From assembly GCA_051003195.1 (NCBI GenBank), contig JBPCLP010000042.1:1-64000 (forward strand): a stretch of DNA of 64,000 nucleotides, given 5' to 3'. The stretch comes from Candidatus Sumerlaeaceae bacterium. Its GTDB lineage: Bacteria > Sumerlaeota > Sumerlaeia > Sumerlaeales > Sumerlaeaceae. A model generated the notes under the pieces. It was not told where the DNA came from, ran no database searches, and saw only the letters and a program-made list of their open reading frames with translations. Made by a program: the position numbers and the translations under genes. Positions 57,377 through 64,000 of this stretch are shown here, one piece after another (the stretch's first letter is position 1; each line of letters starts with the position of its first letter).

Positions 57377-60300
57377 ATGATTTTAATATCGAGCCGCTGG
57401 CTCTGCATGGCTTGCGCCGCCCTGGGTGCTTTGGTGTATCCGTCATCTATACGGGCCCAGGCCGCCGCCAATTCCCCCACGACTGCACCTGCCTTCCGGC
57501 CTGATCTAAATGGGCCGCCCCCGCTCGCGCCGTCACGCGGAACACTTCGAGCCTACGCCATTTCCTCTCCGGACCAGTTCGTACCAGGACAATTAGCGGA
57601 CGCTTATTTTGGGGACTTTGTACTCGAGAATGATGCGATCAAGGTGGTGATCGCGCGTCCTGAAAAAAAAGGGCTCGGCGGCATCTCCGGCGGTAGCATC
57701 ATCGACGTATCGCGTCAGACCCGTCCGCTAGACTATATTAACAGCATTCAGACAATTCCCGACCTCTACACCACCGGCTCCGCCATACGCTATGAATATG
57801 CCGACACGCCAGCCGTCGACCATGGCACAACAGGTATGGTTGTATTGCACGGAAAAGCAACAGTTGGAACAACGAACGACCCAGGTTCAGTTGAGCTGGA
57901 CGTCCTGACCACCTACAGTTTGCCGAAAAATAGCAACGTCATGCAGATCCATACGGAATTTCGTAACCCGGAAAGCACCCAGACGGCAGCTCTGCTTCCC
58001 GGGGATACAGCGGATTGGGGTGAGGCCACAACATTTGTCGAAGGGATTGGCATTCCCTCTGGCAACATTACCACCAGCACCTTTGTACTTGGTTTTGCAT
58101 CGGAGTACTCTGTCGGCCTGATTGGCTCGGGTCCTGAACGGTTCAAGGGCTTTCACACAAAGCGTGACAGTGTGCTCCCTGCCTATGAAGCTTCGCAAGC
58201 AACGACGGACAGCCTGCGCGGCCCATCTAAACCACCTGTGCGCTCACCATCTCAGCGGGCAACAGAGGCGACGGGTGAACGTTCAGACATAAACAAGAGT
58301 CCGCTTGAAATACTTCAGGAACGTATTCAGCGAGGCGAAGTCGTAAAGCTGAATGAAACGGAATACGCGTTGGCAGCTTCGCTATCGACTGAAACCCTGG
58401 CATTGCTTACCAAGGGTACGACTGAGACACAAACCGCTGACGAGCCCGACACGGCTAGCCGAAAGCTGACCCTTTCGCCTGGCAAAGCGTTTGCATTTAT
58501 ACGATACCTTGTTGTCTCCGATGCGGATTTTTCGCGTATCGTGGATTTCGCGTATAACGAAAAGCTAATTGAAACCGGTTACTTGGCGGGCGCTGTTTTG
58601 GAAGCAGAAACCGATCAGCCAATCGCCGGAGCAGATGTTTACATCAGTGGCGGGCCTCACTGGAGCGGAACCGTCACCTCTCCCGCTTACTATAAAGTTC
58701 GCACGCGCAGCGACGGCACCTTTGCCTGTCGTCTGCCCGCGGGTAAGTACATAGCCATTCCAGGCAAAATCGGCCGAATGTCACTGTCGGAAAACACCAT
58801 CCTGGAGGTCAAGGCAGGCCCGCGTCCTCAACTACTCGCGCTCGTGCTCAGCCGCGAATCGGTCGTCCGCGTTGCTGTGAGTCAGGCGGAAACACCAACA
58901 TCCTCTCCACTACCATGCAAACTTACCTTTATCGAGAAGCAGGGCACTGCTCCAATCGACTGGGGAGATGGCCCCCGCGGGGACCGTGGCGTGCGAAATA
59001 CCTTCTACCTCCCGTACGGGTGGGGAAATATACCGGTGACGCCGGGGCGCTACCAGGTGTTTGTTTCGCGCGGCGTTGAGTACGATATTGTGCGCCAGGA
59101 TGTGAGCATTACGCCAGGTGGCCAGGCTATTCTAAAGATCGCTCTTCCACATGCCCTCAAGGGGCGTGTGCATGGCATGTACAGCGTCGACGCGGGACTG
59201 ATAACATCCGCAAGCGCAGTGGGCGCCGCGCCAGTTGAGGACCGCGTCATGCAGGCTGTTTGCGAAGGTGTGCACGTTATCGTCTCCGGAGACTACAATC
59301 GCGCTACAGACTTCCAGCCAACGATTGACCAGCTTGGCCTGTCTAACTGGATTCGATCGGCGCGCGGCATGCGCCTGCTGCTTCACAAAGGCGAAGAATC
59401 CGCTGAGGTCCTGGTGTATCCACTGACAGCAGATCAGGCAACCAGCCTGACTAACTTCCTCCCGCAGATCCAGGACACCCCGCCCGACCTCGCCCTTGCT
59501 GACCTGCGGAAAGCCTTCCCGGGTGTGTTGTTGGAGATAGCCCGACCGGCCGATCCTGAGCGCGGTTATTTTCATCGCTATGGTTTCGACACCGTCACTC
59601 GTCGATTTACCGATACAAATCTCCCTCCGCCTGATTATGATTCGATTCAGATCTATGAGGGGAAAAAGCTCGGTCTCGAGCAGATAAATTATCCAAGATA
59701 CAGCGATCTGCAGGTGCTTCGCACGAACGACCCGCTCGCAAAGGTTGCGCCTTTATCACCCGTCGCATATAGCGCAAGCAGCCTTCCGTTTGCCCAGGAA
59801 ATCGGCTATCCAAGGGTCTACCTGCATACGAACAAGTCCACGCTTAAGGAGTTGCAGGATTCCGATATTGTGCAACGGATTCGCGGACAACACTACACCG
59901 TAACGAACGGCCCCATCGTAAATGTGGAAGCGCAAAGCCTGCCCGGTGGTTCCTTTGATAAACGCCCCGGCGACGTCATCGATCTTTCGACCACCCGAAT
60001 TCTGCGCCTTCAGATGCGTGTGCTCGCGCCGTCATGGGTATCGTTCAGTGGCTGGGCCATGCACGAGAATGGACTCATCCAGGTCTCGACGCCGGCCGTG
60101 CGGCCCGTTGATGACGTACAGCGCTACCCCGTTCTTGGCGGGCAGGACATCACCACGCGCTACCTCGACATCGACACCATTCTTGATGGCGTGTCTTATG
60201 GAGCGAACCGCTCGCTGGCACCCATCGTCAGCGACGCACTGCCAGATTTTGGCGGTCCCGTCCATCCCTATGGCTTTACAGGCCCTATTTTCGTTGATAA

Positions 60301-60397
60301 GGAAAACGACGGTAAAATTCGTCTCACGCCGCCGCAGATATTACCAACGGGTCGCGATTCACAGCCCGCCCGCCCAGATCCAAGTATTACAGAGTAG
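57377..60397 (+). CDS. Large secreted CehA/McbA-like (PHP-fold) protein, apparently catalytically degenerate
   Basis: Signal peptide; GDFVLEND..., PGRYQVFVSRGVEY, DRV...EG, GYPRVY, TNGP match the family architecture but the His ligands are absent. Confidence 0.65.
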   Translation: MILISSRWLCMACAALGALVYPSSIRAQAAANSPTTAPAFRPDLNGPPPLAPSRGTLRAYAISSPDQFVPGQLADAYFGDFVLENDAIKVVIARPEKKGLGGISGGSIIDVSRQTRPLDYINSIQTIPDLYTTGSAIRYEYADTPAVDHGTTGMVVLHGKATVGTTNDPGSVELDVLTTYSLPKNSNVMQIHTEFRNPESTQTAALLPGDTADWGEATTFVEGIGIPSGNITTSTFVLGFASEYSVGLIGSGPERFKGFHTKRDSVLPAYEASQATTDSLRGPSKPPVRSPSQRATEATGERSDINKSPLEILQERIQRGEVVKLNETEYALAASLSTETLALLTKGTTETQTADEPDTASRKLTLSPGKAFAFIRYLVVSDADFSRIVDFAYNEKLIETGYLAGAVLEAETDQPIAGADVYISGGPHWSGTVTSPAYYKVRTRSDGTFACRLPAGKYIAIPGKIGRMSLSENTILEVKAGPRPQLLALVLSRESVVRVAVSQAETPTSSPLPCKLTFIEKQGTAPIDWGDGPRGDRGVRNTFYLPYGWGNIPVTPGRYQVFVSRGVEYDIVRQDVSITPGGQAILKIALPHALKGRVHGMYSVDAGLITSASAVGAAPVEDRVMQAVCEGVHVIVSGDYNRATDFQPTIDQLGLSNWIRSARGMRLLLHKGEESAEVLVYPLTADQATSLTNFLPQIQDTPPDLALADLRKAFPGVLLEIARPADPERGYFHRYGFDTVTRRFTDTNLPPPDYDSIQIYEGKKLGLEQINYPRYSDLQVLRTNDPLAKVAPLSPVAYSASSLPFAQEIGYPRVYLHTNKSTLKELQDSDIVQRIRGQHYTVTNGPIVNVEAQSLPGGSFDKRPGDVIDLSTTRILRLQMRVLAPSWVSFSGWAMHENGLIQVSTPAVRPVDDVQRYPVLGGQDITTRYLDIDTILDGVSYGANRSLAPIVSDALPDFGGPVHPYGFTGPIFVDKENDGKIRLTPPQILPTGRDSQPARPDPSITE

Positions 60398-61445
60398 CAC
60401 TTGCCGAGAACAATGCGCTGATAGCCTGCTCAAAAGGCGGGCGTAGAATGCCGCGTTCGGTGATAAACGCAGTAACGAGTCTGGCCGGCGTGACATCGAA
60501 TGCCGGGTTATAGACCTGCACGTCTAACGGGGCGATCGCTTGCCCGTTCAGCATTCGAACCTCGGAGGGATCACGCTCCTCGATCGGAATCTGATCGCCA
60601 GAGGCCAGGCTAACATCGAATGTGGATAGCGGCGCGGCAACGTACAGTGGCAGCTTGTGTTCGCGCGCGAGAACCGCTACACCATAGGTTCCAATCTTGT
60701 TGGCGAAGTCACCGTTTGCCGCGATGCGATCCGCCCCCACGATCACCGATGTAATGCGGCCACTGCGCATCACGGAAGCGGCCATGTTGTCACAGATGAG
60801 AGTTACCGGAATTCCAGCCTGCATCAACTCCCAGGCGGTTAACCGCGAGCCCTGCAGCAGGGGCCGGGTTTCATCTGCGTATACCTGCACCTGCTTCTGC
60901 TCCTGCAACACTGCGTAGTAAACGGGAGCCAGCGCGGTGCCATAGGTTGCCGTCGCCAAACCACCGGCGTTGCAGTGCGTGAGTACACAATCTCCGGATT
61001 GCAGAAGCGACGCACCATGTTTGCCGATGGCAAGGCATGCCTGATCATCTTCGTCACGCATCAGGTTGGCCAGCGAAAGCAAAAACCCGGCAAGTTGCTC
61101 ATGGCTGGCGGCCTCGCGTTCCCCTGCCGCATTTCGCACGCGTTCGAGGGCCCAGAACAGGTTTACGGCCGTTGGACGCGAAGTAGCAAGGTAGTCAGCA
61201 GCCCCGTTCACGATTTCCATGGGGCTGCGGCCGTCCTTTGCGTCCGCTGCCTGCCGGCTCGCGATGTAAATACCATAAGCCGCAGCGATTCCAATGGCAG
61301 GCGCTCCGCGCACGCGCAGCGTTTTAATTGCTTCCCACATCTGCTCCGGAGTACTAATCTCCAGCACATGCTTTTCACCCGGCAGGAGTGTCTGATCCAG
61401 CAGGTAAACTTTTCCATCCTCGCCCCAGACGGTTTTCTCAGGCAC
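60387..61445 (-). CDS. mtnA: S-methyl-5-thioribose-1-phosphate isomerase
   Basis: LDQTLLP, VRGAPAIG, SRPTAVNL, THCNAGGLAT, DETRPLLQG, GADRI, NPAFDVTP. Confidence 0.96.
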   Translation of the reverse strand: MPEKTVWGEDGKVYLLDQTLLPGEKHVLEISTPEQMWEAIKTLRVRGAPAIGIAAAYGIYIASRQAADAKDGRSPMEIVNGAADYLATSRPTAVNLFWALERVRNAAGEREAASHEQLAGFLLSLANLMRDEDDQACLAIGKHGASLLQSGDCVLTHCNAGGLATATYGTALAPVYYAVLQEQKQVQVYADETRPLLQGSRLTAWELMQAGIPVTLICDNMAASVMRSGRITSVIVGADRIAANGDFANKIGTYGVAVLAREHKLPLYVAAPLSTFDVSLASGDQIPIEERDPSEVRMLNGQAIAPLDVQVYNPAFDVTPARLVTAFITERGILRPPFEQAISALFSASATL

Positions 61446-61557
61446 GCACACACTCCCTTTCCTTCGCACTTGCGAACGCCCTCTACACCGGGTTCCATTG
61501 ATCGTTCACCGGGTGAATGTTTCATTGGGCGTCCGGTAGCCCAAAACCGGATTTTCT

Positions 61558-61633
61558 GCTCACGTAGCTCAGTTGGTAGAGCACGCCCTTGGTAAGGGCG
61601 AGGTCACCAGTTCAATCCTGGTCGTGAGCTCCA
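61558..61633 (+). tRNA. tRNA-Thr(GGT)
   Basis: GCTCACGTAGCTCAGTTGGTAGAGCACGCCCTTGGTAAGGGCGAGGTCACCAGTTCAATCCTGGTCGTGAGCTCCA; anticodon loop TT-GGT-AA. Confidence 0.97.
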
Positions 61634-61658
61634 TTTTTTATTTTCCCGGGGTTAATGC

Positions 61659-62216
61659 ATGAACGCGAACGATATCCGTAAGGGCATGATTCTCCTGCAC
61701 AATGGCGAGCCGCATTCCGTTATGGAGTCCACACACCGGACACCGGGAAACCTTCGCGCGTTTGTTCAAGTAAAGCTGCGTAACCTGAAGAACGGGAACA
61801 ACTTCGAACTGCGTTTCAGCTCCACGGAGAACGTCGAGCGAGCACAGCTCAGCCGGCAGGACATGGAGTTTCTCTACCGCGACGACAACATATTCCACTT
61901 CATGAACACCGAGAACTACGAGCAGGTGGCCCTCAGTGAAGATCAGCTCGGCGACACCGCGAAATACATGAGCGAAGGCATGAAGGTGCAGATTGAGTTT
62001 TACGAGAGCAGGCCGATGAGCGTTGAACTGCCGTCGCAGATCGAGCTGGAAGTTGTTGAAACCGAGCCTGAAGTTAAGGGCGGCACCGCCAGCAATTCAC
62101 CGAAACCCGCAAAACTGAGCAATGGCGTGATGGTTATGGTTCCTCCGTTTGTGAAGCAGGGCGAAAAAATCCGGATTCACCCGAACGAGGACAAGTACAT
62201 CGAACGGGTGAAGTAA
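61659..62216 (+). CDS. efp: Elongation factor P with a PGN-type loop
   Basis: HRTPGNLRAFVQ, FLY, FMNTENYEQ, ETEPEVKG, KPAKL, VPPFV, YIERV. Confidence 0.96.
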   Translation: MNANDIRKGMILLHNGEPHSVMESTHRTPGNLRAFVQVKLRNLKNGNNFELRFSSTENVERAQLSRQDMEFLYRDDNIFHFMNTENYEQVALSEDQLGDTAKYMSEGMKVQIEFYESRPMSVELPSQIELEVVETEPEVKGGTASNSPKPAKLSNGVMVMVPPFVKQGEKIRIHPNEDKYIERVK

Positions 62217-62240
62217 TCGAGTGTGGAATGCGGCGACCTG

Positions 62241-62430
62241 GTGTGCCGTCTCAGAAGTTCATAGCTGTACTTCAGGAAGCTTTCAAGCTCGGACGGCACA
62301 CAAAACCAGTGAACGAATTAATGGGACACCGCACCAGTGTGCCGTCCCGTTTATAGCTATACTTCAGTAAGCTTTTGAAGCTCGGACGGCACACAAAAAC
62401 AGTGAATGAATTAATGGGACACAACACCAG
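62241..62430. repeat. Two tandem ~96-nt hairpin-containing repeats (MITE/REP-like)
   Basis: Units start at 62241 and 62337; each reads GTGTGCCGTC...GACGGCACAC then AAAA.CAGTGAA.GAATTAATGGGACAC..CACCAG. Confidence 0.85.
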
Positions 62431-62432
62431 CG

Positions 62433-62783
62433 TTAGGCCAACATCATGCGCATTGGCTGGAGTTCGCGCGAAAACGGATTAAGGACCAGCCCAAGTATTT
62501 CCAGTGTCACCGCACCCAGCAGCGGTTCATCACCTGCGGCGCCAAGAATAACCGGCGTATGGGCCTCACCCTGGGGTAGGTGAATTTTGCATTCCGATAC
62601 GCCGCGTTCAATCCGAGTGCCGTCTGCTAATACAAAGGCCAGCGTTCGGCTTGCTTTGAGCTTTAAGGACTTCCAGGCGATTTCCGGCAGAAGCGTGTAC
62701 GTCGCGCCGCTATCCACGAGGAATCGTAGCTTCGCCTTCTTTTTTCCGGACGAAACCTCGCCGTCTATATACGTCAATCCCAT
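62433..62783 (-). CDS. Small clan AA (retropepsin-like) aspartic protease
   Basis: FLVDSGATYT, LADG, LLGAVTLE.LG. Confidence 0.85.
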   Translation of the reverse strand: MGLTYIDGEVSSGKKKAKLRFLVDSGATYTLLPEIAWKSLKLKASRTLAFVLADGTRIERGVSECKIHLPQGEAHTPVILGAAGDEPLLGAVTLEILGLVLNPFSRELQPMRMMLA

Positions 62784-62795
62784 TGGTCGCGCTCA

Positions 62796-63494
62796 CTATC
62801 TACTGGATGTAGCTACAGCCGCAGCCTGGACAGATTCCCAGATCAACCTGCCATCCGTCGAACCCAGCACTTCTTCCATCGCCCGTTCCGGGTGCGGCAT
62901 CATGCCCAGCACATTCCCCTGCACATTCACGATCCCCGCAATACTGCCCACGCTGCCATTGACATTCCACTCCTCGCTCACCACGCCCTCCGGCGAACAA
63001 TATCGGAACACCACCTGCCGGTTCGCTTCCAGCGATTTCAGGCCATCAGGGTCGATGAAGTAGTTCCCCGTGGCATGCGCGATCGGGATGCGCAGCACCT
63101 GTTTTTCAAAACTCGTGAACGCCGTATCCGTACGCTCGACCTTCAGGTGCACCCACCTGCACTGGAAGTGAAGACTCCGGTTACGCACCATCGCGCCCGG
63201 CAACAGCCCGGCCTCCAGCAGAATCTGGAAACCATTGCAGATGCCCAGCACCAGCCCGCCGACCTTCGCATGCGCTATAACGCTCTGCATCACCGGCGAA
63301 AACCGCGCAATCGCGCCAACGCGCAGGTAATCTCCATACGAAAACCCGCCCGGAAGAACGACCAGGTCTGTCCCCGACGGCAACGGGTCCTTATGCCACG
63401 CCATTACAGGCGCCTCGCCGGTCATCAGTTCCACCGCGCGTTCCGCGTCCATCTCACAGTTTGATCCGGGAAATACGACAACCGCAGTCTTCAC
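62796..63494 (-). CDS. purQ: Phosphoribosylformylglycinamidine synthase subunit PurQ
   Basis: [34 protein letters not shown]. Confidence 0.97.
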   Translation of the reverse strand: MKTAVVVFPGSNCEMDAERAVELMTGEAPVMAWHKDPLPSGTDLVVLPGGFSYGDYLRVGAIARFSPVMQSVIAHAKVGGLVLGICNGFQILLEAGLLPGAMVRNRSLHFQCRWVHLKVERTDTAFTSFEKQVLRIPIAHATGNYFIDPDGLKSLEANRQVVFRYCSPEGVVSEEWNVNGSVGSIAGIVNVQGNVLGMMPHPERAMEEVLGSTDGRLIWESVQAAAVATSSR

Positions 63495-63772
63495 GCCGCC
63501 GTTACTCCTGCCGGAACCGTGGCAGATACCGCTTCCAGTTCAATCTCGTACCGCTCAATCACCGTGTTCGCCAGCAGCGCCTCGCACATCTCCTTTACCT
63601 GCGCACGCGACTTCTCGACATCGTCGCCCTCCAGCAACAAATCGAACGACCGTCCCACTCGCACCCGCCGCACATTGTCATGCCCCAGCGTGTGCAATGC
63701 CTGGCCCACCGCATTCCCCTGTGGATCCATCACGTCCTGCTTTAAACTCACCGTCACCTTCGCCCTGATCAT
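63491..63772 (-). CDS. purS: Phosphoribosylformylglycinamidine synthase subunit PurS
   Basis: [27 protein letters not shown]. Confidence 0.95.
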   Translation of the reverse strand: MIRAKVTVSLKQDVMDPQGNAVGQALHTLGHDNVRRVRVGRSFDLLLEGDDVEKSRAQVKEMCEALLANTVIERYEIELEAVSATVPAGVTAA

Positions 63773-63777
63773 TTGCT

Positions 63778-63817
<40 letters not shown>

Positions 63818-63825
63818 CTGTGCGC

Positions 63826-64000
63826 TCAAACTAAAGGCTGATCTGTTATCCTCTCATAAATCTCCACATACCTTCGCGTCATCTGCTCAATCACCTCCGG
63901 CGGAAGGCCCGGACCCGGCGGCTGCTTATCCCAGTCCGTCGTTTCCAGGTAATCCCTGACATACTGTTTATCCAAACTGCGCGCGATCCCACCTGGCTCA
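63826..64000 (-). CDS. purC: SAICAR synthetase, C-terminal part (cut by the window edge; not in the ORF track)
   Basis: Manual translation EPGGIARSLDKQYVRDYLETTDWDKQPPGPGLPPEVIEQMTRRYVEIYERITDQPLV*; directly upstream of purS. Confidence 0.92.
   Translation of the reverse strand, partial: EPGGIARSLDKQYVRDYLETTDWDKQPPGPGLPPEVIEQMTRRYVEIYERITDQPLV

Noticed and set aside
53007..61445. Polyamine/MTA salvage operon (spermidine-synthase-like gene plus mtnA)
   Set aside because: The genes are on opposite strands and separated by unrelated genes; fused membrane spermidine-synthase-like proteins are common and of uncertain activity
62241..62430. CRISPR array or attC cassette array
   Set aside because: Only two whole-unit copies with homologous interiors; no spacers, no ORFs between units, no integron integrase

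Overview
A gene-dense, moderately GC-rich bacterial chromosomal window made up mostly of housekeeping and envelope genes: holB, ppa, lysC, an rfaE-type heptose kinase, xerC/D, galK, ftsY, pilD, hisC, mtnA, efp, purC/S/Q, tRNA-Val(CAC) and tRNA-Thr(GGT). It also holds the known four-gene ligase-associated DNA repair cluster (exonuclease, ATP-dependent ligase, Lhr-type helicase, PdeM) and many secreted or glycan-related proteins. I see no CRISPR array, prophage or transposase. The most interesting signals are: (1) two unrelated signal-peptide proteins ending in the same short tail, T-[SA]-V-x(1,2)-D-W-S-[ML]-[YF], a candidate uncharacterised C-terminal sorting signal (from memory such tails are common in Candidatus Sumerlaeota/BRC1 proteins, so that taxonomy is only an inference); (2) an inverted REP-like pair plus 39-nt tandem repeats inserted in frame (312 nt) in a radical SAM gene; (3) a 1006-aa CehA/McbA-like secreted protein that has lost all expected metal ligands; (4) EF-P with an Asn-tipped PGN loop; (5) DnaA-box motifs in front of xerC and of a divergent sigma-70 gene with a structured leader; (6) a tandem 96-nt hairpin element after efp. 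All family calls come from motif recognition by eye; no searches were run.
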